DNA of 64,000 nucleotides from Acidobacteriota bacterium (GTDB taxonomy: Bacteria > Acidobacteriota > Thermoanaerobaculia > Multivoradales > Multivoraceae): contig WTGQ01000002.1 of the NCBI GenBank assembly GCA_011525365.1, positions 3,745,941 to 3,809,940 of the forward strand, written 5' to 3'. Made by a program: the position numbers and the translations under genes. Every line of letters begins with the position of its first letter. Position 1 is the stretch's first letter. This document shows positions 19,025 to 30,726 of this stretch, piece after piece. The notes below the pieces were generated by a model. The model had not been told where the DNA came from and made no database searches. It saw nothing but the letters and a program-made list of their open reading frames with translations.

Positions 19025-20854
19025 ATGTACTGCCAGGTATGCGGCGCGCGGAACGAGGACGACGCGGAGTACTGCCAGCGCTGCCGGCAGAAGCTGATGG
19101 TGCTCTCCAGCTCCGCCGTCTCGGGAGAGGAGACCCTCGACGCCGGCGACGAGGAGTTCTCGCTCGACGAGCACCTGCTGGAACGGATCTCGATGCTGGA
19201 GGAGGTCCTCAAGCGCATCGGCGAGACGGTGCAGCAGGTCCTGAGCGCCATGGAGCGGCAGGAGGAGAGCATCCTCGTCCATCACGCCGGCATGCTGGCC
19301 CTGCGCGACCTCCTGGAGCGGCAGAACGTGATCGACACCGCCGAATGGAGCGACCTCTGGGAGTCCAAGATGGACTACCAGTTCCTGGTGCTGGAGAAGC
19401 GCGAGCGCTTCGCCGCGGTCAAGGAGGGCATTCTGGGTCTCTACGAAGGCGGCCGGCGCCCCGCCTTCAAGCAGCTCATCGAGGAAGCGGAGCACGCGCT
19501 GAACGGTCTGGACCTGGACCGGGCGATGAAGTCGCTGGAGGAGGCGGCCGGGCTCGACCGACGCAACCACGAACTGGCCCGGTTTCTGGGCGAATCGCAC
19601 TTCCAGGAGGGCCGACTGGAACGCGCGCTGGAGCACTTCGACCGGCTGCTGGAAGCCAAACCGGACCAGGTCCAGGGGCTCGTCTACACCGGCGTCATCC
19701 AGCTCCAGCAGGGCGACGAGCAACGTGGCCAGGAACTCCTGGAGAGGGCCGTCATCCAGCACCCGGACGCTTTCCTGCCGCACTTCTGCCTGGGAGCGTC
19801 GCTCGCCGGCCGGGGACAGCTGAAGTCCGCGGCCGCGTATCTTTCGCGGGCGGTCGAGATCGACGTCGTGCCGCAGGCGCTCTACCTGCTCGGCCGCTGC
19901 CACTACGAGACGGGCCGCCTGGCGAGGGCGATCGAGTCGTTGAGCCGCGCGGTTCAACTCGATCCCGGCTTCGAGGAGTGCCATCACCTCCTCGGTCTCT
20001 GCTACCTGGACCGGCGCTGGAACCGCAAGGCGCTCGCAGCCTTTCGGACGGCCCAGCAGTTGAACCCCAGGCGCATGCGCTACCGCGACCTGGTGGCCTA
20101 CCTCTCGGGACGTTCGGGAGCCGACCTGCCCAGGACCAGCCCCGCCGCGGCGGACTGGGTCAGCCGCGGCGAGCAGGCGATCCGATCCGGCGACGCGCCG
20201 GAAGCGCTCCGCTGCTACCGCGAGGCGCTGGCGCTCGACCCGGACAACCCGGCGCTGCTGATGTCCTACGCCCTCGCCTGCCTGCGGCTCGACCGTAGCC
20301 AGGAAATCCGCCCGCTGACCGAGCGGGTGCTCGCATCGAAGCCGGGCGAGATGCTGCGGGCGACCGCCTACGCGACCCTGATCGAGGCGCTACGCAGCGA
20401 GGGCAAGTACAGGGACGCGAACGACGCGGGACAGCGGCTGCTCGACGAGGCCGCCTCCAACTTCTCGAAGAGCATCGCCTACTACGAGATGGCGTACAAC
20501 CTGGCGGAGATGGACGAGGACCTGGACCAGGCGCTCGACTTCGCGCGCCGGTCCCTGGAGCACGCCCCGGAGGAGTTGCGCCAGTTCCCGCTAGCGGCCC
20601 TGGGCTGGGTCCACTACAAGCGCCAGGAGCTGAACGAGGCGATCGAGTTCCTGTCCCAGTCGACCGAACTCGGACCGTCGACCGCGGCGCTCACCCGCCT
20701 GGGCATGGCTCTCCTGGCATCAGGCGACGAGGACGGGGCGCGCGGCGCCCTGGCACAGGCCCGTCGGCTCGACGAACGCGGCGGCGCGATCGAAGAGAAG
20801 ATGATGGAGTTCATGAAGGACTCGGCGCGCATCATCGAACGGGTGCGCCGGTAG
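19025..20854 (+). CDS. TPR-repeat protein with N-terminal zinc ribbon
   Basis: MYCQVCGARNEDDAEYCQRCRQKL zinc ribbon followed by many TPR-like helical repeats. Start moved to the ATG at 19025; the upstream extension overlaps proS. Confidence 0.7.
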   Translation: MYCQVCGARNEDDAEYCQRCRQKLMVLSSSAVSGEETLDAGDEEFSLDEHLLERISMLEEVLKRIGETVQQVLSAMERQEESILVHHAGMLALRDLLERQNVIDTAEWSDLWESKMDYQFLVLEKRERFAAVKEGILGLYEGGRRPAFKQLIEEAEHALNGLDLDRAMKSLEEAAGLDRRNHELARFLGESHFQEGRLERALEHFDRLLEAKPDQVQGLVYTGVIQLQQGDEQRGQELLERAVIQHPDAFLPHFCLGASLAGRGQLKSAAAYLSRAVEIDVVPQALYLLGRCHYETGRLARAIESLSRAVQLDPGFEECHHLLGLCYLDRRWNRKALAAFRTAQQLNPRRMRYRDLVAYLSGRSGADLPRTSPAAADWVSRGEQAIRSGDAPEALRCYREALALDPDNPALLMSYALACLRLDRSQEIRPLTERVLASKPGEMLRATAYATLIEALRSEGKYRDANDAGQRLLDEAASNFSKSIAYYEMAYNLAEMDEDLDQALDFARRSLEHAPEELRQFPLAALGWVHYKRQELNEAIEFLSQSTELGPSTAALTRLGMALLASGDEDGARGALAQARRLDERGGAIEEKMMEFMKDSARIIERVRR

Positions 20855-20862
20855 GCACCTGG

Positions 20863-21795
20863 CTACAAGCCGGAGAACCACGGATCGCGGCGGCCGAGCC
20901 TGCTGTCCAGCGCGGCGCCGATGCCGACGCAGGTGACGATCGTCCAGGTCCAGCCGCCGACCCAGGGCGCCATCTTCACCAGGCCCAGGGCCAGAAGCCC
21001 GCACAGGGCGCCGGCAAGCGGCCGGCCTGTCAGGCCCAGGCGATGCGGCAGCAGGCGCGCGCCCACCGCCAGGAACACCGCCACCGTGCCCCACAGCTTG
21101 CAGACGAGGATCGCTGTTCCACAGACGGCGAGCAGGGGCGCGCCGACCAACGCCGGCGCCACCGCGGTCAGCACCGCGAAGGTCACGGCCACGGCGAGTA
21201 CCGCCACCAGGCCGGTGAAGAAGTTGCGAAACGGCCGTTCGAGCACGCTTTGCGCCGTCGCCGTCAGCGCCGCGTCGAAGCCGGCCACCAGCACCACGGT
21301 CACCAGCAGCCAGGCCATCAGCAGGGCGAGGTTCAGCAGTGCCACCGCGGGCGACAGCGCGGCCTGGCCGAGCACCGGCCCTTCCGCGAGAACCACCAGC
21401 GAGGACGGCGCGCTCGGGTAGGCCACGCTACGGCCTTCGACGGCGGCTCCGGACTCGGCGTCCACGCGGCCGCCCAGCACGAACACGTCGCCGCCGAGCC
21501 GCGCCGACGGACCCAGCTCGATGTCGCCACCGAGCACGATCACGTCGCCCTGAACGATGCCGTCGATGCGGGCGTCCCCGTTCAGGACGACCGCGTCCGA
21601 TCGCGCCTCGCCGCGGAGCTCCAGGTCTCGCCCGATGGCGAGTAGCTGGTCCCGGGCAATCGCGTCCGCCTCTACGACGACGGCCGGGTCGTCGGCTCGC
21701 GCCGTCGGCTCGACCGCCGCGCAACTCAGCGTCGCCCCGGCGACGGCGCACAGGACGAGGCGTTGAACGGCCTGGTGGCGTCGGAGGCTCAGCAC
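20863..21795 (-). CDS. Membrane protein with bactofilin-like (polymer-forming cytoskeletal) beta-helical repeat region
   Basis: N-terminal signal/TM segment, then repeats DARIDGIVQGDVIVLGGDIELG...GGDVFVLGG typical of bactofilin-like beta-helix, then several C-terminal TM helices. Lies downstream of the ECF sigma / anti-sigma pair. Confidence 0.55.
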   Translation of the reverse strand: MLSLRRHQAVQRLVLCAVAGATLSCAAVEPTARADDPAVVVEADAIARDQLLAIGRDLELRGEARSDAVVLNGDARIDGIVQGDVIVLGGDIELGPSARLGGDVFVLGGRVDAESGAAVEGRSVAYPSAPSSLVVLAEGPVLGQAALSPAVALLNLALLMAWLLVTVVLVAGFDAALTATAQSVLERPFRNFFTGLVAVLAVAVTFAVLTAVAPALVGAPLLAVCGTAILVCKLWGTVAVFLAVGARLLPHRLGLTGRPLAGALCGLLALGLVKMAPWVGGWTWTIVTCVGIGAALDSRLGRRDPWFSGL

Positions 21796-21952
21796 AGGCC
21801 GACCATCGTAGCCGCCGGAGCAAGGCGGTGCCGGTGCGCCGGCCTTCTGGCCGGCTGTGACCGCGGGCCTTCTGACCCGCGGAAGAACCGGCCGCGAAGC
21901 GGCGAGCCCGAACAGACCGGAGCCGGCCAGAAGGCCGGCGCACCGACGGGCG

Positions 21953-22510
21953 CTAGCGGCGGGATCGCTGCCGTGCCGACGCCTTCGAACCCCGCCGGAG
22001 CAGCGAGAACAGGAGACCGGTCAGGCCGACGACCGCCGCGCCGCCGAACAGCAGGGCGGGCGTGGCCGGCGGCAGGGCCGAGGACATCGCCACGTTGAGG
22101 CCGCGCCAGGAGGCATCGAGCAGGCCGGCGCCGAGCATGCCCAGGGTAACCGTGAAGTCGAACAGGGTCGCCGCCGCGGAAGCCGCCGAGCCGGCCGCGG
22201 GCGCGACCGTTGCGAGGACCGCCAGAGCGCCGCCGAACACCGCGACCAGGCCGGCGGCGGCCACGGCGGCGCGACGACGGCCGGCGGGCCGTGGCGCGCG
22301 GAGGTCGATCGCCACCGGCTCCGGAGAAAGCCGTTCAGCCGCCAGAAGCTCGTGCAGCGCCGAGAGACCCCGGGCCTCGTCCCGGCACGCCGCGCATCCC
22401 GCCAGGTGCTGCTCAGCCGAGCGGCGCTCCGTTTCGTTGACCGCGCCGTCGACGTAGGCGTCGATCAACTCCGCCTGGGAACAGGAAACTGACCTGTCTG
22501 AACTCGTCAT
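21953..22510 (-). CDS. Anti-sigma factor (zf-HC2 type), membrane-anchored
   Basis: N-terminal CSQAELIDAYVDGAV...HLAGCAACRD zinc-finger anti-sigma motif followed by a TM segment. Confidence 0.7.
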   Translation of the reverse strand: MTSSDRSVSCSQAELIDAYVDGAVNETERRSAEQHLAGCAACRDEARGLSALHELLAAERLSPEPVAIDLRAPRPAGRRRAAVAAAGLVAVFGGALAVLATVAPAAGSAASAAATLFDFTVTLGMLGAGLLDASWRGLNVAMSSALPPATPALLFGGAAVVGLTGLLFSLLRRGSKASARQRSRR

Positions 22511-22531
22511 CGCCGTTACTCCCGCCGTCCG

Positions 22532-23119
22532 TCAGTCGGTGAGGTAGTCGGCCAGCCGGGCCTTCAGCATCCGGCGGCCGCGAAACAACTTGTTCTTCAC
22601 GGTGCCCAGGGGCATGCCCTTGAACTCCGCGATCTCTTCGTAGGTCATCTCGGCGAAGTGTCTCAACTGAATCAACTCGCGGTACTCCTCTTTCAGCCCG
22701 TCGATCGCGGCGCCGATGGCCTGGCGCCGTTCCACGTTCCGCAGCGTCCGGTAGGGGTCCCTTTCCTCGCTCTCAAACTCCCGCTCATGCGCCTTTCCGT
22801 CCACCCCGACCCGCTGCATCGGAACCAGCTTCAGGCGCCGTTTACGGATCAGGTCGATCGCGGCGTTCTTCGCCACCCGAAACAGCCAGGTCGAGAACCG
22901 GTACTTGGGGTTGTAACGGTCGAGGGCCCGGTAGACCCTCAGAAACACTTCCTGCGAAAGCTCTTCGGACTCCTGAACGTTGCCGAGGAAGCGATTCAGG
23001 TAGTTGATCAACCGGCCCCGATACCTCTCCACGAGATCGGTGTACAGGGCGGCTTCGCCGTCCAGAATCGCAGTCACCAACTCTTCGTCGGTCGCCCGAG
23101 TTGCCTCCACAGCCTTCAC
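22532..23119 (-). CDS. ECF-type RNA polymerase sigma-70 factor
   Basis: Sigma-70 region 2 (FLRVYRALDRYNPKYRFSTWLFRVAKNAAID) and region 4 (LPLGTVKNKLFRGRRML). Confidence 0.85.
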   Translation of the reverse strand: MKAVEATRATDEELVTAILDGEAALYTDLVERYRGRLINYLNRFLGNVQESEELSQEVFLRVYRALDRYNPKYRFSTWLFRVAKNAAIDLIRKRRLKLVPMQRVGVDGKAHEREFESEERDPYRTLRNVERRQAIGAAIDGLKEEYRELIQLRHFAEMTYEEIAEFKGMPLGTVKNKLFRGRRMLKARLADYLTD

Positions 23120-23268
23120 CTACGTCGCCCGCGTCCGTTTGTTGCGCGGCGGTGCGAGAGCAGGACGAACCGGCGGACCGCCCGCGACCACGCCTGCTGT
23201 AGCCTTTCCGCTCGCGGCACGGACGGCCGCCGCCCTCCACCGCGCCGCAGAGAGTAACCGGGTCACCC

Positions 23269-23961
23269 TTGGCAAACCTGATCCACGCACGCGGGCTGGG
23301 CATCCGGTTCGGACTTCACTGGGCGCTGGCCCACGTCGACCTCGACTTCGAGGCCGGCGGGCGGCTGCTGCTGGCCGGCGCCAACGGTTCCGGCAAGACG
23401 ACCCTGCTGAGGCTGATCGCGGGACTCCGGCGTCCAACGGCGGGCGATCTGACCGTCGGCGGCAGACGGCCCTTCGAGGACCGTGCCGGCGCCCGCCGCG
23501 AACTGTCGCTGGTTTCCCACCACGACTATCTCTACGACCGGCTGACCGCGATGGAGACGCTGCGGGTCTGGAGCGACCTGGGCGGCGCCCGCCCGGACCG
23601 CGGGAGGCTCGCCGACCTGCTCGAAGAGGTCGGACTCGAGGCCGCGGCCGACCGCCAGGTGGGCGGCTTCTCCGCCGGCATGAGAAAGCGGCTGATCCTC
23701 GCCCGGTGCCGTCTCGAGAACCCGCGCCTGCTGCTGCTCGACGAACCGTTCGCGGCGCTCGATCCGGAGGGCCAGACGCTCGTCGAGCGCTGGATCGAAC
23801 GCTTCGCGGACGGCGGCGGCTCCCTGATCGTCGCGTCCCACGCGATCGAGCGGGCCTCCCGACTGTGCCGGCAGGCGCTCCTGCTGGAGCAGGGCCAGGC
23901 CGCCTGGCACGGCGAGGCCGCGGGCCTCGACGCCGCCTGGCGCCGGAGGCTCGGACAGTGA
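23269..23961 (+). CDS. ccmA: Heme exporter ATP-binding protein CcmA
   Basis: Walker A (GANGSGKTT), ABC signature (FSAGMRKRL) and Walker B (LLLLDEP); ~230 aa, typical of CcmA. Confidence 0.8.
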   Translation: MANLIHARGLGIRFGLHWALAHVDLDFEAGGRLLLAGANGSGKTTLLRLIAGLRRPTAGDLTVGGRRPFEDRAGARRELSLVSHHDYLYDRLTAMETLRVWSDLGGARPDRGRLADLLEEVGLEAAADRQVGGFSAGMRKRLILARCRLENPRLLLLDEPFAALDPEGQTLVERWIERFADGGGSLIVASHAIERASRLCRQALLLEQGQAAWHGEAAGLDAAWRRRLGQ

Positions 23962-24638
23962 AGCTGGTCCGGCCGGTGCTGGTGCTGCTGCTGAAGGACC
24001 TGCGGGTCGAGTGGCGGGGACGAGTCCGCTTCTTCTCCATCGTCCTGTTCGGCGGCATCACGCTGGTCCTGTTCTCCTTCGCGATCGACGCCGAGGGCGA
24101 CATGGCGGCGGCACTCGCGCCCGGTTTCCTCACTCTGGCGCTGCTGCTCAGCTCGACCCTGGGGCTCTCCGAGTCCTTCCGCGTGGAGCGCGAGAACCGC
24201 TCCCTCGAGGGTCTGCTCCTGCTGCCGGTCGAGCCGGCGGTCCTGTTCTACGCGAAGGCGATGGGCAACTTCGTCTTCCTCGCGATGCTGGCGCCGGTGC
24301 TCGTGCCCTCGGCGATCATCCTCTACAGCGTCGAAACCGGACCGGCCGGCTTCCTCGGCGTGGTCGCCGTCTGGCTGCTCGCCGCCGCGGCCCTCGCCGC
24401 CCCGGGCACACTGTACGCCGCGATGACCAGCCGGGCCGCGAGCCAGGACGTCCTGCTGCCTCTGCTTCTCTTCCCCCTGGTCATCCCGGTGCTGATCGCG
24501 TCGGTGAGGAGCGCGGAGCTGCTGCTCCACGGGGATCCAATGAACCAGGCTCCGAGCTGGCTCCTGTTGCTGGCCGCCTTCGATGTAATCTACTGGGCGC
24601 TCGGAGGCGTGCTGGCAAGGGTCGCGATGGAGGAATAG
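23958..24638 (+). CDS. ccmB: Heme exporter protein CcmB
   Basis: Six-TM CcmB-like sequence. GTG start overlaps the ccmA stop (GTGA). The long upstream part of the ORF-track entry is an in-frame shadow. Confidence 0.75.
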   Translation: MKLVRPVLVLLLKDLRVEWRGRVRFFSIVLFGGITLVLFSFAIDAEGDMAAALAPGFLTLALLLSSTLGLSESFRVERENRSLEGLLLLPVEPAVLFYAKAMGNFVFLAMLAPVLVPSAIILYSVETGPAGFLGVVAVWLLAAAALAAPGTLYAAMTSRAASQDVLLPLLLFPLVIPVLIASVRSAELLLHGDPMNQAPSWLLLLAAFDVIYWALGGVLARVAMEE

Positions 24639-24676
24639 GGCCTTCGCACAAGGGCCCGAGAGGGAGCGAACGAAAC

Positions 24677-24868
24677 GTGGACGGCGTTATAGTCGGCGGT
24701 TGGGGATGGGTCGTCGCCGCCTATGCATCGGCCGGCGTGGCTCTCGCCTTCTACGTCTACAGCCTGTTGGTCCGCCGGCGGCGGATCGAGGCGAAGGCGC
24801 CCTTCCACGATCAGAGGCCCTCACAGGACCAGAGCAATGAGCACGGAACCGACGCCCCCGACGCCTGA
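24677..24868 (+). CDS. ccmD: Putative heme exporter protein CcmD
   Basis: 64-aa single-TM peptide (GGWGWVVAAYASAGVALAFYVYSLLVRRRR) resembling CcmD. GTG start. Not called as a separate ORF by the track. Confidence 0.45.
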   Translation: MDGVIVGGWGWVVAAYASAGVALAFYVYSLLVRRRRIEAKAPFHDQRPSQDQSNEHGTDAPDA

Positions 24869-25324
24869 CGCCGGACCCGCTCCCAGGACCCGGCGGCTTC
24901 TCCTGCTGGCCGCGGGCGGCATCGTCGCCGTGACGCTCTCGGTGCTGGCCTTCGGCGACGTCGGCGAAAACCTCGTCTACTACTGGAGTCCGTCGGAACT
25001 CCACGAGGCGGGCCCGGAAGCGGTCGGCGCCAGCATCCGGCTCGGCGGCCTCGTCGAAAAGGGCTCCGTGAACCGCAGCAACGACGGTCTGACCCTCGAG
25101 TTCAGGGTCACCGACGGGCAGTCGCAGGTCGACGTGCGCACGACCGCCGTTCCCCCGGCCATGTTCCGGGAGGGCATCGGCGTCGTCCTCGAAGGGACGA
25201 TGCGCGAGGACGGCCGGTTCGACACCGCGCGCCTGATGGTGAAGCACGACAACGAGTACCAGGCGCCGGACGTCAACGACCAGCGCAGCATGGAGGAGTT
25301 GATCGAGTCCATGCAGTTCGACAC

Positions 25325-25328
<4 letters not shown>
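24837..25328 (+). CDS. ccmE: Cytochrome c-type biogenesis heme chaperone CcmE
   Basis: TM anchor then OB-fold; C-terminal heme-binding HxxxY motif (VKHDNEYQAP). Confidence 0.8.
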
Positions 25329-27321
<1,993 letters not shown>

Positions 27322-27325
<4 letters not shown>

Positions 27326-27858
27326 ACCGCAAGGTCCTGCTCGTGGGCCTCGGCATCTCGCTGCCGCTGCTCGTGCTGCTCGGGTTCGCCTTCCGGCACG
27401 ACCCGCAGATCGTCGAGTCGCCGCTCGTCGGCAAGCCGGCGCCCAACTTCCGGCTCGCCGACCTCGACGGCAACGTCATCGACCTGGCGGAGCTGCGCGG
27501 CCGGCCGGTCATCGTCAACTTCTGGGCCACCTACTGCGTGCCCTGCCTGTACGAGCACCCGCTGTTCATGGAGGGCTCGAGGCGCTGGCAGGGCGAGATC
27601 CAGTTCCTCGGCGTGATCTTCCAGGACGACCCCGAGACGATCGCGCGGTTCAACGCCGACTACGGAAGCTGGGGACCGTCGCTGGTCGACGAGGGCGGCC
27701 GGGTCGCGATCGCCTACGGCGTCTACGGACCGCCGGAGACCTTCTTCATCGACCGCGACGGCGTGATCGTCGACAAGGCGATCGGTCAGGTATCGCCGAA
27801 TCAGCTCCTGGACGTCGCCAACCGCATGCTCGCGCAGCCCGCCGCGGCGACCGGCTGA
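27322..27858 (+). CDS. ccmG: Thiol:disulfide interchange protein CcmG/DsbE
   Basis: TM anchor then thioredoxin fold with WATYCVPC active site. ATG at 27322 overlaps the ccmF stop (ATGA). Confidence 0.85.
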
Positions 27859-27859
27859 C

Positions 27860-28408
27860 ATGCGACGCGTGACCGCCCTTCCGGGGCTGCTGGTGGCGTT
27901 GGCCTTCGCGGCACCGGCATCGGCCCAGGAACCCGACACGCCTCCGCGAGTCGCCCTGCCCCCGGCCGAGGGCGAGTACCGGCCGGGACTGGGGGTCGAG
28001 ACGTCCCACGAGCTGGGCGACCCGCTCGGCCGTCCCCTCTCCGGCGAGGAGCTCGACCTCGCGGTCGCCGAGGTCGCGGCCGACATCCGCTGCCCCAAGT
28101 GCCAGGCCCTCTCGATCGCCGACTCCGGCGCCGCCTCGGCGCAGGCGATGCGGGCGGAGGCCCGGTCGCTGCTGTCCCAGGGCTACACCCGCGAGCAGGT
28201 CGTCGGCTACTTCGAGCAGCGCTACGGCGAGTTCGTGCTGCTCGAGCCGCGGGCCCGCGGGCTCAACCTGATCGTCTGGGCGGCCCCCGCCGGGATCGTC
28301 CTGATCGGCGGCCTGCTGGTCGTCGTTCGGCTGCGGCAACGGCGGCGAAGCGCCGACGAAGGCCTGGACACGTACCTGCGACAGGTGGAGCAGGAGACGG
28401 CGACCTGA
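27860..28408 (+). CDS. ccmH: Cytochrome c-type biogenesis protein CcmH/NrfF
   Basis: Signal peptide, CPKCQ redox motif, C-terminal TM helix. Confidence 0.8.
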   Translation: MRRVTALPGLLVALAFAAPASAQEPDTPPRVALPPAEGEYRPGLGVETSHELGDPLGRPLSGEELDLAVAEVAADIRCPKCQALSIADSGAASAQAMRAEARSLLSQGYTREQVVGYFEQRYGEFVLLEPRARGLNLIVWAAPAGIVLIGGLLVVVRLRQRRRSADEGLDTYLRQVEQETAT

Positions 28409-29328
28409 CTGTCGTTGCGACGATCGCCCTCGTCGCCGCCGTCCTCGCCGGTCTGGGAGTCGGGTTCGCCTACCTGCCCCGAGAGGCCGCGGCGCGCGCG
28501 GCCGCGCTCGAGCTTCAGCGCGCCGACCTCCTGAACCGGCGCGAGGACCTGCTCGCCCGGCTCAAGCAGGAAGGCCTGGAGCCGGCCGACCGCCGCCGGC
28601 TCCAGGTTTCGACGGCGCGCGTGCTGAAGGAGCTCGACGAGGTCGAGGAGGCGATCGCGGGCATCGCCCCGGTCCGCGGAGCCCAACGGCGGGAAGCAGC
28701 GCCGGCCGGCCGCGCCTTCGTCCAGGCGCATCCCCTGCTCTCCGGCGTCCTGCTCGGCGGCGGCGTGGTCGGCCTGGTCGCCGCGCTGGTCATCTGGGCG
28801 CAGTCCGACGCCCAGCCCGATCCGCAGGCGGACCAGGCGATGGCACAGGGCGGCGGCGAGACGGACTTCCGCGGCCAGGAGCCGCTCCCGCCCGAGCTGG
28901 CTGCGCGAGCCGAGGAGCTCCGGCAACAGATCGACGCCGACCCCTCGGACCTCGACGCGATGCGCGCCCTGATGCAACTGATGCTCGCCAACGGCCGCGC
29001 CTTCGACGCCTTCCAGACGGCCCAACTCGCGCTGCAGACCGCTCCCGAGGACCCCGACGCGCACTTCGTTTCGGGCATCGTGCGCCTTCAGATGGGCCAG
29101 ACCCAGGTCGCCCTCGACGCCCTGGACCGGTCGCTCCGAAGCGACCCCGGCCACGAGCAGGCAGCCCTGATGCGGGGTCTCCTCCTGCTGCAGCTCGGCG
29201 ACCGCGACGGCGCCATCGCGACGTGGGAGAGCGCCAACGCCGCTCGCTCCAGCCCCCGCCTCGAGCAGGTCACCACAATGGCCCGCGAAGGCAAGACGTT
29301 CGACGAAATCGTCAACAATCCGCTCTAG
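28405..29328 (+). CDS. ccmI: Cytochrome c-type biogenesis protein CcmI (TM + TPR)
   Basis: TM helix (VVATIALVAAVLAGLGVGF) then TPR repeats. No canonical start codon near the ccmH stop; a CTG at 28405 or translational coupling is likely, so the start is uncertain. Confidence 0.55.
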   Translation: MTVVATIALVAAVLAGLGVGFAYLPREAAARAAALELQRADLLNRREDLLARLKQEGLEPADRRRLQVSTARVLKELDEVEEAIAGIAPVRGAQRREAAPAGRAFVQAHPLLSGVLLGGGVVGLVAALVIWAQSDAQPDPQADQAMAQGGGETDFRGQEPLPPELAARAEELRQQIDADPSDLDAMRALMQLMLANGRAFDAFQTAQLALQTAPEDPDAHFVSGIVRLQMGQTQVALDALDRSLRSDPGHEQAALMRGLLLLQLGDRDGAIATWESANAARSSPRLEQVTTMAREGKTFDEIVNNPL

Positions 29329-29340
29329 GAGCTTGCGCCG

Positions 29341-29841
29341 CTAAGCCAACCCCAGCCGCCGGACGATCTCCGCCGCGACATCCCGCTTCCGTTCGGTCCC
29401 CCGAGTGCGGACCCTCAGGTCCGCCTGCCGGTACGAATCGAGCCGGCTCTCGTACAGCGCCCGCGCCTGGCCCGGAGACTCGAACAGCGGCCGGCGCCTG
29501 TGGGACTGCTGGGCGCGCCGGCAAAGAGCTTCCCACGGCGGGTCGAGCCAGACGCTGGTGCCCAGCTCGGCGATCAGGCGGCGATTCCGCTCCAGAGTGA
29601 AGACGCCGCCGCCGGTGGCGATCACTGCCTGGTCGATGGAGGCGCAGCGTTCCAGGGCCGCCGTTTCGCGTTCACGGAAGTAGCTCTCACCGCGTTCGAC
29701 GATCAGGTCGGCCACCGGCTGCCCCTCGTGCTCGGCGATGGCCGAGTCGAGGTCCAGGAAGATCCAGCCCAGCGACCGGGCCAGCCGCCGGCCGATCCGG
29801 CTCTTGCCGGCCGCCATGAAGCCGACGAGGAAGACGCGCAT
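29341..29841 (-). CDS. aroK: Shikimate kinase
   Basis: MRVFLVGFMAAGKSRIGR Walker A and typical AroK length (166 aa). Confidence 0.85.
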   Translation of the reverse strand: MRVFLVGFMAAGKSRIGRRLARSLGWIFLDLDSAIAEHEGQPVADLIVERGESYFRERETAALERCASIDQAVIATGGGVFTLERNRRLIAELGTSVWLDPPWEALCRRAQQSHRRRPLFESPGQARALYESRLDSYRQADLRVRTRGTERKRDVAAEIVRRLGLA

Positions 29842-29857
29842 GGCGATGCCGAAACGG

Positions 29858-29974
29858 TCAGTCGCTGTGCTTCTGCGCCCGCTCGCTCCTGAGCGCCCGC
29901 ACCAGGAAGATCGTGAAGCCGCCCCACACGAAGCCGCCGATGAGAATCAGGACGAGGATGGCGAGCGGAGACAT
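29858..29974 (-). CDS. Very small membrane protein (38 aa)
   Basis: ATG...TGA ORF read manually: MSPLAILVLILIGGFVWGGFTIFLVRALRSERAQKHSD. A single TM helix with a positive C-terminus. Falls below the ORF-track size cut-off. Confidence 0.3.
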   Translation of the reverse strand: MSPLAILVLILIGGFVWGGFTIFLVRALRSERAQKHSD

Positions 29975-29995
29975 TCGGGTGAACCTTACGACAAG

Positions 29996-30700
29996 TCAGT
30001 CGGAGGCGCGACGCTGACGCCGCCTTTGCTGGGACAGGTTGAAGCTCACGATGATCCGGTCGGCTTTCCTGCCCCTGGCCCTGGATCGATTCGGAGCCAC
30101 GCCGTGGTACAGCCAGGCGGGGAAGATCAGCATCCTTCCGGCCCGGGGTCGGTAGCGCACCTTCTTCCAGCAGTCTCGCGGCCGCCTGACGCCGGGGATG
30201 TACTTGACCGAACCCATCAGGTTCTGCGTCCGCGGATCGATGAACTCGATCCGGCCCGAGTTCTTCGGCGCCTGGACGTAGTAAACGCCGCTCCAGATGC
30301 AACCGGGATGGATGTGGGCCCGGTTCAGGCCGCCGGGCGGATTGACGATCGACCACATGGTGCCGATGTTCAACCGATAGGACCGGTGATAACCGAGTTC
30401 ACGGCACATCATCTCCGCGGCGTTGTCGACGTGTTCGACCAGTCCCGCGAACGCGGCGTCCCTGTGCAGCTTGACGTGGCTGTGCCACCCCCCGAGCTCC
30501 GGAAGGTTCGACCTGCTCACGCCCGTTCCGTCGCGCTCCCGTTCGGTGTAGATCGCCTCGATCAGGCCGTGATTCAGAAGCTCGCTGTCCGGGATGTCCA
30601 GGGAAAAGATGAGCGTCGGAAAGTATCGGGCCACCTTCAGGGAAACCTCGGACGGACCAGCCGCCGCGCCGCCGTCCGAGGTTTCACCGTCAGGCGGCAA
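29996..30700 (-). CDS. 2OG-Fe(II) oxygenase superfamily protein (TIGR02466/PF13759-like)
   Basis: Conserved core WSIVNPPGGLNRAHIHPGCIWSGVYYV...IEFIDPR...LIFPAWLYHGV with the HxD...H iron-binding arrangement. True start may be the downstream GTG (VARYFPT). Confidence 0.7.
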   Translation of the reverse strand: MPPDGETSDGGAAAGPSEVSLKVARYFPTLIFSLDIPDSELLNHGLIEAIYTERERDGTGVSRSNLPELGGWHSHVKLHRDAAFAGLVEHVDNAAEMMCRELGYHRSYRLNIGTMWSIVNPPGGLNRAHIHPGCIWSGVYYVQAPKNSGRIEFIDPRTQNLMGSVKYIPGVRRPRDCWKKVRYRPRAGRMLIFPAWLYHGVAPNRSRARGRKADRIIVSFNLSQQRRRQRRASD

Positions 30701-30726
30701 GTTCTGCCTTCGGCGCCCTGCGCGCC

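Noticed and set aside
19004-19987. 327-aa minus-strand ORF and 19039..20298 plus-strand ORF
   Set aside because: Shadows of the TPR protein gene; Arg/Pro/Gly-rich.
23004-23957. Upstream 318 aa of the 544-aa ORF 23004..24638
   Set aside because: Only the C-terminal 226 aa (CcmB) are gene-like. The upstream part overlaps ccmA in another frame and is RG/RP-rich.
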